Positions 39,377 to 49,472 of a stretch of 64,000 bases of DNA are shown here, piece by piece; the first letter of the stretch is position 1, and each line of letters opens with the position of its first letter. The translations under genes and the position numbers were made by a program. The DNA is from Fibrobacterales bacterium (GTDB lineage Bacteria; Fibrobacterota; Fibrobacteria; Fibrobacterales; JAOPTW01), in NCBI GenBank assembly GCA_051532035.1, contig JAOPTW010000008.1, forward strand, positions 1 to 64,000. Direction: 5' to 3'. The notes beneath the pieces were generated by a model that did not search any database, had not been told where the DNA came from, and worked only from the letters and a program-made list of their open reading frames with translations.

Positions 39377-40618
39377 ATGGCAAACCTAAAAAGTTTAAAA
39401 CCTCATATTGGAATTTTTGGCAAACGAAACGTCGGCAAAAGTTCATTTATCAATGCAATTTCAAACCAGGACATCGCCATAGTTTCGGATTATGCAGGGA
39501 CCACTACTGACCCTGTCAATAAAACGATGGAGCTTGCAGAAGTTGGGCCTGTCATCCTTATCGATACTGCGGGAGTTGATGATGAAGGTGAGATTGGACA
39601 AAAACGAATTGAAGCCACCCAAAAAACCATTCCAAAAATTGACATTGGAATCGTCATCATCTCAGAGAACAGTTTTGATGAACACGAGCAAGGGGTCATA
39701 AAGCTCCTCGATAAAAAGAATACACCGTTTATAATAATTCACAACAAATCGGATGTAGAACCACTCAGCAAAGAACTTAAAGAACATTTAGCTGAGAAAA
39801 CTACTGCAGATGACATTCTTGAATTCAGTACTATTGAGCGCACCAATGTTCGCGAGATCATTGCCTCGGTTAAGAAAAACCTTCCGACATCATCCTACAA
39901 CAACCCCTCTATTCTGGGTGACCTTGTCAGTTATGGCGATGTAGTCGTTCTGGTAACCCCTATTGATATTGAAGCACCTAAAGGGCGCATCATTCTCCCT
40001 CAAGTACAAACCATCCGAGACGCTCTTGACAATGAATGCATGGTCGTCATGATGAAAGAGCGTGAACTCGATATCTTTTTTAAAAAATATAACATGAAAC
40101 CAAAACTGGTTATTACCGACAGCCAGATTTTTCTCAAAGCCTCAGCATCGATACCCAAAGGTATTCCTCTCACAAGCTTCAGCATACTCTTTGCCCGCAT
40201 GAAAGGCGATTTCAATATGTTCATTGAGGGAACTCGCCAGATTTCAACCTTAAAAGAGAACGACAATATACTCATTCTTGAATCCTGCTCACACCATGTT
40301 ACAGGGGATGATATTGGTCGGGTCAAAATACCTCGGTGGCTCTCCAACTTTACCGGCCTTACTCTCAATTATGATATTGTTGCAGGATTTAACCAAGCCC
40401 CTAAAGACATCAATGAGTATAGTCTTATTGTACAGTGTGGTGGATGTATGCTCACACGAAAACAATTAATTAATCGCGTTAAACCAGGTGTGGATAATGT
40501 TATCCCTATTACCAACTACGGGATGACAATTGCCTATTGCCATGGTATATTTGAACAAGCAATCGAACCTTTTATGCAGACTGGAAAAGAGCAAGAGCGT
40601 CATCTCGACTACCTCTAA
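39377..40618 (+). CDS. hydF: [FeFe]-hydrogenase maturase GTPase HydF
   Basis: GKRNVGKSS, GTTTDPV, DTAG, NKSD, APKGRIILPQ, CSHH...CGGCM. Confidence 0.95.
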   Translation: MANLKSLKPHIGIFGKRNVGKSSFINAISNQDIAIVSDYAGTTTDPVNKTMELAEVGPVILIDTAGVDDEGEIGQKRIEATQKTIPKIDIGIVIISENSFDEHEQGVIKLLDKKNTPFIIIHNKSDVEPLSKELKEHLAEKTTADDILEFSTIERTNVREIIASVKKNLPTSSYNNPSILGDLVSYGDVVVLVTPIDIEAPKGRIILPQVQTIRDALDNECMVVMMKERELDIFFKKYNMKPKLVITDSQIFLKASASIPKGIPLTSFSILFARMKGDFNMFIEGTRQISTLKENDNILILESCSHHVTGDDIGRVKIPRWLSNFTGLTLNYDIVAGFNQAPKDINEYSLIVQCGGCMLTRKQLINRVKPGVDNVIPITNYGMTIAYCHGIFEQAIEPFMQTGKEQERHLDYL

Positions 40619-40645
40619 CCTTACACTCCGGTTAGAGGATTTTTT

Positions 40646-41659
40646 ATGAGCTCACCAAAACCAATAATACTCATTACTATGGGCGACCCCAATGGTGTTG
40701 GCCCCGAAGTATGTATTCGATCTTTCAATGAAGGCTCCCTCTTTGATCTTTGTACACCAATTGTCATTGGCGACCCTGCGGTACTCAGTCAAGCATCAGC
40801 ACTACTTAAAGGAGCTTTCCCCATTGCCCCCATCGATTCGGTAACAAGCCCGATTGAAGCACAAACAATTCCAGTACTCTGCCCAACACCTTTTATCGAA
40901 GCAGTGCAGCCAGGAGTTATATCAAAAGAAGCTGGAGTCGTTTCACTCAGCTATATAACCACTGCAGTCAATCTGTTAAAAGAAGGTACGGCGGCAGCTA
41001 TGGTTACGGCTCCCATTTGTAAAGAGGCAATTGAACCAACCGTCCCCGGCTTTCAAGGACACACTGAATATATTGGTGAAATGTGTGGTGACCCTCATCC
41101 AGTGTTAACACTTATTGAACCAGGCTGGGTTATCTCTCATGTATCGACCCATGTCTCTCTTCGAGAGGCCATTGACCGAGTTGAACCAGTACGCATCACC
41201 AAAACAGCCGAACTTCTCAACAACCTCCTTAAAAAGCTCACGGGGAAAAATGCCCCTAAAATTGGCGTTGCTGGGTTAAACCCTCATGCAGGAGAGGGTG
41301 GTTTATTTGGGCGTGAAGAGATTGAAATTATCGCCCCTACTATTGCAGAATTACGACAGAAAGGCATTGATGCACACGGCCCCTATCCTGCCGATGTGGT
41401 ATTCCCTCAGATGAAAGCGGGCACCTTTGATGGCGTTGTTGCCATGTATCACGACCAGGGTCATATCGTAACGAAAACCCTCTCGTTTTCCCTCGGCGAA
41501 GAGCGCACCCTCAATGGAGTTAATGCTACGCTTGGGCTCGACATCATTAGAACCTCGGTTGATCACGGTACTGGTTTTGATATTGCCTGGAAAGGCATTG
41601 CACACCATGGCAGTATGCTCGATGCTATTAACTGCGCTATCACATTAAGTAGATCGTAG
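40646..41659 (+). CDS. pdxA: 4-hydroxythreonine-4-phosphate dehydrogenase family (PdxA/PdxA2)
   Basis: TMGDPNGVGPE, TAPICKE, GHTE, GLNPHAGEGG.FG.EE, AMYHDQG, RTSVDHGT.FDIA. Confidence 0.9.
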   Translation: MSSPKPIILITMGDPNGVGPEVCIRSFNEGSLFDLCTPIVIGDPAVLSQASALLKGAFPIAPIDSVTSPIEAQTIPVLCPTPFIEAVQPGVISKEAGVVSLSYITTAVNLLKEGTAAAMVTAPICKEAIEPTVPGFQGHTEYIGEMCGDPHPVLTLIEPGWVISHVSTHVSLREAIDRVEPVRITKTAELLNNLLKKLTGKNAPKIGVAGLNPHAGEGGLFGREEIEIIAPTIAELRQKGIDAHGPYPADVVFPQMKAGTFDGVVAMYHDQGHIVTKTLSFSLGEERTLNGVNATLGLDIIRTSVDHGTGFDIAWKGIAHHGSMLDAINCAITLSRS

Positions 41660-41660
41660 C

Positions 41661-42605
41661 ATGGAACCTCTCTTTGCATTAATGGATCGCTATTTTGAAG
41701 AGATACCTGAAGTACTCCACTGGGGCACCACCACTCCAGAGCCAAGCTCCCACTCCGAAGCCCTCCATACTTGGCTTTCACAAGGGAAAAATGGTGAAAT
41801 GCAGTTCATGGAAAACCACATAGAGCTCCGAATGGATCCAAAGAAGTTTTTTCCCGAAGCACAAAGTGCCATTATTTTTTTGCACCGCTACCCTGATTCG
41901 ATTATTAAAGGCACGCAAGATGTAGAAGCACATATTTCTGCCTACGCACGAGGCACCGATTACCACACGATAATGAAATCCATTATCTTTAAGCTAGGTG
42001 ATCAATTAAAGGAGATTGATTCAACGATCTCCATGAAAGCATTTGTAGACTCTGCGCCAGTAAATGAACGAGAACTCGCGGTACGGGCTGGTCTCGGTTG
42101 GCTTGGTAAACACAGTAACCTCATACACCCTAAATCCGGAAGCCAATTTTTTATTGGTGGATTTTTTATAAACAAAGAAGTGAAGAAAGATGCTCGCACG
42201 TACCCTGATGGTTGTGCCGCATGTCGAAAATGTATTGACGCCTGCCCCACCCAAGCCATTGAAGATAACCGCTCTATTGATGCACGTCGCTGTATCTCCT
42301 ATCTCACCATAGAAAAAAAAGGCGACATCGATCCTGAGCTCGCTTCAAAGATGGGCACCAATATTTTCGGATGTGATATCTGTCTTGAAGTGTGCCCTTG
42401 GAATAACAAACAGCTCAATGACAGCCCTCTTTCTTCAGATTCAAAGTTTGTGAATACTTTTGATGAATGGGACAAGATACTTGCTCATGGCGGCGGATTC
42501 AAACGACTCTTCAAGGACACACCACTCTATAGAGCAGGCAAACCAAAAATGACACGTAATGTTGCTATTGCTCGACAAAATCATCTGAATAAACGGGGAA
42601 AATAG
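41661..42605 (+). CDS. queG: tRNA epoxyqueuosine(34) reductase
   Basis: YARG.DYH, VDSAPV.ERELA..AGLGWLGK, CAACRKCIDACPT, CISYLTIE, GCDICLEVCPWN. Confidence 0.92.
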   Translation: MEPLFALMDRYFEEIPEVLHWGTTTPEPSSHSEALHTWLSQGKNGEMQFMENHIELRMDPKKFFPEAQSAIIFLHRYPDSIIKGTQDVEAHISAYARGTDYHTIMKSIIFKLGDQLKEIDSTISMKAFVDSAPVNERELAVRAGLGWLGKHSNLIHPKSGSQFFIGGFFINKEVKKDARTYPDGCAACRKCIDACPTQAIEDNRSIDARRCISYLTIEKKGDIDPELASKMGTNIFGCDICLEVCPWNNKQLNDSPLSSDSKFVNTFDEWDKILAHGGGFKRLFKDTPLYRAGKPKMTRNVAIARQNHLNKRGK

Positions 42606-42617
42606 TACCTTTTACTT

Positions 42618-43403
42618 ATGGTCGTCAAACAAAAATATCTGAGCAACATTCTCGTATTTGTATTTCTTGTATTCATTACGAGTAGCTTCTGTAATGAAAC
42701 GATTACCATAGCAACGGGCGAATACCCACCATTCCTCTCGCAAGAGTTGCTCTTTTCAGGAGTGGGGCTCAAAATTATTTCTGAAGCCTTTGAGAGTGAA
42801 GGCGTTACTGTTACCTATGGCTTTTTCCCTTGGCAACGCAGCTACCACTATGTTGTTAGTGGAGAATGGGATGCTTCTGCTACATGGTCTTATAACATTG
42901 AACGTGAAAAAGACGTTACATACAGTGACCCTCTCTACCATTCTACATATGTTCTCTTTCATAGAAAAGAGAACCCCATTAACTGGAACACTCTTACTGA
43001 CCTTAAACAGTTCTCTTTGGGAGCGACAAAAAGCTATACCTATACCCCTGAATTTTACAAAGCTATCGAAGACAGTATTCTAACAGTAGATTTTGTTGCA
43101 TCTGATGAGTTGAATCTCAAAAAATTAGCCGCCAAAAGGTTTGATGCTGTACCTATGAATATAGATGTAGGCTATTATCTAATCCATAGTAAGCTTTCTA
43201 AAAAAGAAGCTCTTACTATTACACACCACCCAAACCGCTTCTCTTCGAAGCCAACACACCTTGTTTTTTCGAAAAAGAACCCACGCACCCCTGAGCTCCT
43301 CAGAAAATTTAATCGAGGCCTCAAAAAACTTAACGATTCAGGGGCTATTGACCAATACCTCAAAGAGTCTCGCCGGGGCCTCTATATGAAAATGCTTGAG
43401 TAA
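42618..43403 (+). CDS. Extracytoplasmic solute-binding protein (amino-acid SBP family 3 fold)
   Basis: Signal peptide, ATGEYPPF, FFPWQRSY, FNRGLKKL..SG. Confidence 0.85.
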   Translation: MVVKQKYLSNILVFVFLVFITSSFCNETITIATGEYPPFLSQELLFSGVGLKIISEAFESEGVTVTYGFFPWQRSYHYVVSGEWDASATWSYNIEREKDVTYSDPLYHSTYVLFHRKENPINWNTLTDLKQFSLGATKSYTYTPEFYKAIEDSILTVDFVASDELNLKKLAAKRFDAVPMNIDVGYYLIHSKLSKKEALTITHHPNRFSSKPTHLVFSKKNPRTPELLRKFNRGLKKLNDSGAIDQYLKESRRGLYMKMLE

Positions 43404-43917
43404 AAGAACCCTCATGGATTACAGTGAAGTAACAACACTTCTTACCTTATCTTCAGAAGACCTCCTTAAACGGTGTCGTTCCTCGAACTATCAATCTCAA
43501 GGTGCGGGCGGCCAAAAGCGCAACAAAGTTAAGTCGGGAATAAGGCTCACTCTTACGGGCACCTCCTATGAAACAACGTCATGTGAGCAGCGCAGCCCCA
43601 AAGCCAACACCGTCGATGCAGTACGCAAGCTAAAGGTCTCTATCGCTCTCGGAGAGCGCCATACTATAACAGATCTTGCAACCATTCAATTCCCTGGAAG
43701 CGAGACAAGAATAAGCATTAAGAACCCTCTCTACTACCTATTTATCAAACAGGTACTTGATATACTCGTCATGCAGAATGGGGAACTCAAAGCTACCGCA
43801 CAACTATTCAAGCTCACGTCGAGCGCTCTCAACCGAATATTCCACAAAGAGAAGAAATTTCTAGAAAAGGTACAAGAGGTTCGACGAACCCTCGGCCTCC
43901 CTCCCTTAAAGCGCTAA
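43396..43917 (+). CDS. Peptide chain release factor-like protein (GGQ domain only)
   Basis: SQGAGGQKRNKVKSGIRL...EQRS...N...A..KL; no codon-recognition domain. Confidence 0.8.
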   Translation: MSKRTLMDYSEVTTLLTLSSEDLLKRCRSSNYQSQGAGGQKRNKVKSGIRLTLTGTSYETTSCEQRSPKANTVDAVRKLKVSIALGERHTITDLATIQFPGSETRISIKNPLYYLFIKQVLDILVMQNGELKATAQLFKLTSSALNRIFHKEKKFLEKVQEVRRTLGLPPLKR

Positions 43918-43986
43918 TCAAAGTCACTCGTTGTAATTAACACGAGCCCCCTTTAGTTGGGACCGTCAAAACACACTTAATGAGAC

Positions 43987-44020
43987 AAAAAAAGGCCAGA
44001 AGCAATCGCTTCTGGCCTTT
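43987..44020. terminator. Bidirectional terminator
   Basis: AAAGGCCAGAAGC-AATC-GCTTCTGGCCTTT. Confidence 0.85.
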
Positions 44021-44047
44021 AAAATACTTTGTGATTCTGTTACCGGA

Positions 44048-46783
44048 TTATTGGATCTTGTTCCAAGTCTTTTTATACCAGTAGTACGCTTTACGAGCAT
44101 CACGTAAAAATGGTGTACTCCGTCCATCACCTTGACCCATAAGTCCAAGCCATTCTTCAGATGACCAACCATCTTGAAATGCCATAGGAGAATCTTGTAC
44201 TTGGTCGTGCATATCCGCTGCACCTTGATTTGATTTCCACCATTCATCAAGCCACTCAAATGCGATACCACCAATAGAGTTACCTGAACCAATATGGCCA
44301 GCACGGTTATAATAGATATCACTCCATGTACCTTTATGGTAACGAGTCTGAGATTTCTCATCCCAAATAGATCCCACTTGTGCAAAGTTCAACATGTCTG
44401 AACCGTACTCGGTGATCATTACTGGACGGTCAAATACATCACGTACCTGATCGAAAAGAAGTCCAAAGCCCATCTCACCACGATATGAGTTCACACCAAC
44501 AATATCGATACCGTGTGCATACTGCTCATAGTACTCAATAAGTTGTGTTTCGAGGTTACCAATTACCACTGGATGGTCTGGATCAATCTTGTGAATCATT
44601 TCTGCAATCTCAGTAAGGAATGTACCGAACTCTTCAGGTTGCTCACCTGCAAGAGTTTTCGTTGCATTGATACCACCATGACCATTGTTCATGTTGTTCT
44701 CGTTACCAAGAATCCAAAACTGCATGTAGTCTTCATCTTTATTGTCAGACACGAGATCTCTTACAAGGTTTCTCATTTTTGTTTTTTGTTCTTCATTAGT
44801 ATAGTCAGTACCAGTAAACCAGTCTGCACCAGAACCTACTGTATATGCACCAAGGAAGTCACCAATCATAGCTTTGATACCATAGGTTTTCCAAAGATCT
44901 CTCAGAAGAGGTTTATTGAGTGTTGGATGACATTTATGATCATCAGGACGATCAACATCACAGAAAGTTTTAGCTTTCTCTTCACTGATGTAGTGCCACG
45001 TAGTATTTCCGTTCACTACTTCTTTGTATGGCTTGTAGAAGAAACGAATTGAGTTCGCACCCATCTCTTTCAAGAGTTGGAAGTCACCAATAGATGGCTC
45101 ATTTGCATCTTGTTTGTTATTTCTGTTTTTGTCTACCCATGCATCATACGGCGCATCAATTTTACCATTTTTATCTTCATCCTGGAACTGCCAGTTTTCG
45201 ATTGTTTCATTGTATGCTGATTCACCAATCATAGTTGGGTCATAGGTAACTGCTTTAACTGTAGACGCTTTACCATCAACAAATAACTGCCAGTGACCAT
45301 TTGAATATTTTTTAAGGTGCACTTTTGCTTTACAATTGTAATCACCAGCTTTTTTACCACCACAACGTTGCTCAATAACTTTCAGTTTTGAAACATCAAC
45401 TGGTTTAAGCTTAACTTTTGGTGCTTTTACAATCTTACCAGGGTCAATGATTTTAATATCATTCTCAATAGTAAGGTCATATTCGTTTGTAATTCTCAAT
45501 ACAGGCCATCTATGCTTTTTAAGAAGCGGTCTATGCTCGGCACCAATTGCTGGAAAGTCTCTGAGCATTACGTGAATAATATCAAGACTCGCTTTACCTG
45601 CATACCAAAGGTATGAACCATCGGGTGCATATACTGGAGTTTCAGGAAAGTGAAGAAGTACTGAGTGGAATGCTTTGACTGCTTGTTCAATAAGACGAGT
45701 GTCTTTTTGAGCGGTACCAGCTTTACGAAGACCTTCGGCCATGTAGAACATTTTAACACCAGGAGCTTGGTCGTTATTTGTTGCCCATTTAAAGTATTGA
45801 CTCATTGGAACACCAGCACTGGTGTGCTCCCAAGCATGCCCTTTCAAAAGGCCCGCTTCATCGAGTTCTTTGTAAAGAGGATTCTCTCTTACGTCACTCA
45901 CGTTTGGCCACACACCTTCGCCTACAGCCGCTGCAAGGCCAGCAGAGTCGGTCATAGTGTATTTATAATCATTCGTTCCAACTTTTTCAAATGTTCCAAA
46001 CTTTGAATAATCAATCTTGAGAATTGATTTACCGTAGTTCGTAAGTTTGAGGGGTTGTTTGAAAAGTTCATTATCAATTTGAACTTCAGTCACACCCAAA
46101 TTAAGGCCACTTGATTTACCAACTATGTCACCCGCAACTTTACCGGGGTTCACATACAGTTTGCCATCAGCTTTTTCAATCGCATATGGATTCCCTTCAT
46201 AACGAAGACCGAGCTCTGGGTTTTTACCAATGAGTATTTTAATGTTGTTAATTGCGGCTGGAGCAATCCACCAAGTGGTTTTACCATCGGCAAGGAATCC
46301 ATATCCCCGGGGGAATGTCAACAGACAGGCGTAGTACGCTTTAATAGCTTGCTCTACATAGCCACCTTCAGCAAGGGCTTTTGCAATAAAAAGCTGACGG
46401 ACACCAAGTGCTTCCCATGCGCGCGGCCATCTAAAGAAACGAAGTTCATAAGACGCTTCATTTTCAAGTTCCCAATGGTCACGTTTGAAATCTTCACGAC
46501 CTTTGATCTCTTTATGGAGAGGATTCTTTTCTACACCATACATATTAGGGTATATGCCTTCACCGACTGCTTTTTTAAGTCCACGAATATCATCTGCTCT
46601 ATACGAAAATTCTGGAGTACCTTCATTGAGGTATGTACCATATTTATCGTAGTCTACAATGATCTCAGATCCGTAGTCACGAAGCTGAATTTTTGATTCT
46701 TCTTTAGATGGTGGTGGAGGATTTCCGCAACCTGCGAAAATACTTACCAGACCAACCACTGCGAGGATTGATATTGGACGCAT
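44048..46783 (-). CDS. Lipoprotein with duplicated N-terminal module and C-terminal clan GH-A (GH2-like) TIM-barrel glycoside hydrolase
   Basis: Lipobox FAGC; DFQLLKEMGANSIRF, WILGNENN (acid/base), PVMITEYG (nucleophile), FEWLDEWWK. Confidence 0.75.
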   Translation of the reverse strand: MRPISILAVVGLVSIFAGCGNPPPPSKEESKIQLRDYGSEIIVDYDKYGTYLNEGTPEFSYRADDIRGLKKAVGEGIYPNMYGVEKNPLHKEIKGREDFKRDHWELENEASYELRFFRWPRAWEALGVRQLFIAKALAEGGYVEQAIKAYYACLLTFPRGYGFLADGKTTWWIAPAAINNIKILIGKNPELGLRYEGNPYAIEKADGKLYVNPGKVAGDIVGKSSGLNLGVTEVQIDNELFKQPLKLTNYGKSILKIDYSKFGTFEKVGTNDYKYTMTDSAGLAAAVGEGVWPNVSDVRENPLYKELDEAGLLKGHAWEHTSAGVPMSQYFKWATNNDQAPGVKMFYMAEGLRKAGTAQKDTRLIEQAVKAFHSVLLHFPETPVYAPDGSYLWYAGKASLDIIHVMLRDFPAIGAEHRPLLKKHRWPVLRITNEYDLTIENDIKIIDPGKIVKAPKVKLKPVDVSKLKVIEQRCGGKKAGDYNCKAKVHLKKYSNGHWQLFVDGKASTVKAVTYDPTMIGESAYNETIENWQFQDEDKNGKIDAPYDAWVDKNRNNKQDANEPSIGDFQLLKEMGANSIRFFYKPYKEVVNGNTTWHYISEEKAKTFCDVDRPDDHKCHPTLNKPLLRDLWKTYGIKAMIGDFLGAYTVGSGADWFTGTDYTNEEQKTKMRNLVRDLVSDNKDEDYMQFWILGNENNMNNGHGGINATKTLAGEQPEEFGTFLTEIAEMIHKIDPDHPVVIGNLETQLIEYYEQYAHGIDIVGVNSYRGEMGFGLLFDQVRDVFDRPVMITEYGSDMLNFAQVGSIWDEKSQTRYHKGTWSDIYYNRAGHIGSGNSIGGIAFEWLDEWWKSNQGAADMHDQVQDSPMAFQDGWSSEEWLGLMGQGDGRSTPFLRDARKAYYWYKKTWNKIQ

Positions 46784-47091
46784 TATACAACCTTAATATA
46801 TTGATTTATGGATAATTTAGCTTGTTTATGCGAAAAGTCAAACGCTATATATGTTACTTGGGGTAAGAATGGTACTTTTATATGGCTACGGTAATAACAA
46901 GCCTGTACCGACTAATTTTGTGAACTTTTGTGAACAAATTTTAACACAGCTTCAGCTCATTTCCCCTTTGATATTTCTAGATTATATGTCCTACTATTTA
47001 TGTGGTATCCGACCTTATTTACTTCTAGATCTCCCCTTTATTACGAGACAGGTCGTGCTTTAAATACCATCGACATTCTGGAGAACACCCT

Positions 47092-49317
47092 ATGAAACAT
47101 CCGATGATGACACTCATTTTTGTCTGTTATACTCTTTTTTTAACCCAAAACTGTATACAATACAGTGAAACTCCTAAATTTCAAGAGTATCAAGTTGATA
47201 TCGACAATGAAACCGACCTCCCAGTCCACACCATAGAGGTCTCAATAAACAGCGTAAAGAGTCACACATTCACCTCTCAAGATGATTTTGACAGTGACGA
47301 CTCCTCTATTGAACTCACCTTTCCTATTCCAAATTCACAAGAACAACAGAGTACTGTAGAAATAATCTGTAAATCATACGGACTTACTATTGCTACGATA
47401 CTACGAACTGTTTCAGATAATGCAGTAAGTAAATCTAAATCACGTTACACCCCATCTGAAAATACCATCGCTTTTTTACAAAAAAATGAGAATGTATTAA
47501 AAAAAGAAAACATCTCAAATCTTGTTGATTTCACCGACGAAACAAGTAACAATGAACTTGAGAATTTATTTGGCTCTGATGATGCAGACATATTAGACCT
47601 GTTAATTTCGGTTCAAATTGACTCTTCAGTCGCCTCTTCTGACTCTTCTAATGAAAATGATGACTCGAGTGGCTCCAACCCAAGTTCAGAATCTCAACCT
47701 CTTACCCCCTCTTCGTCTGACGACAACGCCCCCGAAAGCTCTGATGGTGAAGATTCGAGCAATTCAAGCCTTGAACACCTACCAAATACAGAGTCTTCTT
47801 TTGAAACCAATGAGTTATCATCAAGTTTTTCAGATGTATTAGAAGAGGAGATCACCTTTACCATTACAGTTAACAAAGGTTCAAATAAGACCGAATCTAT
47901 AACCATTCGTCAAAAAAGCGAAATAAAGCTCTCTATTGACCCAGTCGCCCCTGATGGTTATGAGTTCGACAAGTGGGATAGTGGCCCCGGTTGTTCTCTC
48001 AAATATGCGGATAATTCAATGAATACGAAATTAACCTGCACTAAAAACGAAGTAATTGATGCAATCTTTACTCCTAAGAAATACACCATAGCTATTTCTG
48101 CTATAGGAAATTGCGGATCAGTCAATAATGAGACCCTCTATTATACCATGGATGGCGATAACGTAATCATTGATACTGAGCTCAACGAGTATTGTGATCC
48201 CGAATACTCCTCTGATGACTTACAGCTGAGTGAACACATCATTACAGGTATTCAGGATGAAGCCTATGATAACCCCGTGCTCAATGCCACAGTCACTTTT
48301 AATGAAATCACCGTCCCCCAGGCAACGATATCTATTACCTGCCAAGCCGACAATATTGATATTGCCTGTGCAGACGTATCCGAAGAGCTCCCCTCATCGG
48401 TCACCATCAAAGAAGATGACGATCCTAAAATCATATCAACTACTGCTGCATGGGGCTTTACCTTCTCATCACTTAAAGAAGAGTCAAATGCCGATGTCTC
48501 TAGCTCCACCATTGGTTATAAAAAGTCGGGCGAAGGCCAAGTTATCGCTCAATACACTAGAAAAGCATTTACCGTCACCTTTAACTCGACTCCAGCACAT
48601 ATTTTTAGCGAATCAGCATCAGTCAAATACCAAATACCTAGCCAAATTGCCGCACCCGATGCACCATTTGGGTATAGATTTTCTGGCTGGGCTTTTAATG
48701 ATAAGGATTGTACTATCCCAGGGGCTACGGGTCAGTCTATTACGTATAGTTGTTATGTTAGTACTACTGTTACCGCTGAATATGAGGAGTTAACTGAAGG
48801 AACTTTTTGGGACCGTCGCGGATCAGGCACAACCTATAAATGGATTAAGATTGAGGATGAATTTTGGATGGATGATAATTTGAATTACTCGGTATCAAAC
48901 AGCAGGTGTTATATTGATAAAAGCGAATACTGCCAACAATACGGGCGACTCTACCAATGGACTGCCGCCATGCAAATAGATACCTTATATTCAGCCAATC
49001 AATGGTCCGGCACTGAAACATCTCATCTGGGGATTTGCCCGGAAGGCTGGCACATGCCCACAGCAAATGAATGGAATACTTTAACAGCGCTAGAACATCT
49101 GGGCTTTAACCATATACAATATGGAGGTCAAATGCACCCCTATATGGGCGGCTATAGGCCTGATGGTGAGGGTAGTTCTGCAATTTATTGGTCTTCCTCT
49201 CAAGCAAGTGTATCAAAGGAAGCGCACAATATCTGGTCTTCCATTTCAAGGCCTACAACATCAGGGGAGTATGATAAAAGATCTTATTATGCAGTTAGGT
49301 GTAAAAGGGATAATTAA
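47092..49317 (+). CDS. Secreted/lipoprotein with Ser-rich linker, InlB-B/Flg-type repeats and C-terminal FISUMP (Fibrobacter major paralogous) domain
   Basis: GTFWDRR...YKWIKI....WM..NLNY, YGRLYQWTAAM, GICPEGWHMPT..EW, YWSSS, YAVRCKRD. Confidence 0.85.
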   Translation: MKHPMMTLIFVCYTLFLTQNCIQYSETPKFQEYQVDIDNETDLPVHTIEVSINSVKSHTFTSQDDFDSDDSSIELTFPIPNSQEQQSTVEIICKSYGLTIATILRTVSDNAVSKSKSRYTPSENTIAFLQKNENVLKKENISNLVDFTDETSNNELENLFGSDDADILDLLISVQIDSSVASSDSSNENDDSSGSNPSSESQPLTPSSSDDNAPESSDGEDSSNSSLEHLPNTESSFETNELSSSFSDVLEEEITFTITVNKGSNKTESITIRQKSEIKLSIDPVAPDGYEFDKWDSGPGCSLKYADNSMNTKLTCTKNEVIDAIFTPKKYTIAISAIGNCGSVNNETLYYTMDGDNVIIDTELNEYCDPEYSSDDLQLSEHIITGIQDEAYDNPVLNATVTFNEITVPQATISITCQADNIDIACADVSEELPSSVTIKEDDDPKIISTTAAWGFTFSSLKEESNADVSSSTIGYKKSGEGQVIAQYTRKAFTVTFNSTPAHIFSESASVKYQIPSQIAAPDAPFGYRFSGWAFNDKDCTIPGATGQSITYSCYVSTTVTAEYEELTEGTFWDRRGSGTTYKWIKIEDEFWMDDNLNYSVSNSRCYIDKSEYCQQYGRLYQWTAAMQIDTLYSANQWSGTETSHLGICPEGWHMPTANEWNTLTALEHLGFNHIQYGGQMHPYMGGYRPDGEGSSAIYWSSSQASVSKEAHNIWSSISRPTTSGEYDKRSYYAVRCKRDN

Positions 49318-49409
49318 GCTGTAGAAATCAGCCACCAACAACACCTTACATTTTTATAAGGTAACATTCAAAAACTATTCCTACTACCATATATATACTA
49401 TCCATATCT

Positions 49410-49450
49410 AAAAAAAAGAGGCAGTCCATTAAATTAAGACTGCCTCTTTT
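49410..49450. terminator. Bidirectional terminator
   Basis: AAAAGAGGCAGTC...GACTGCCTCTTTT. Confidence 0.8.
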
Positions 49451-49472
49451 AGATAAAATTGTTTTGACTTAT

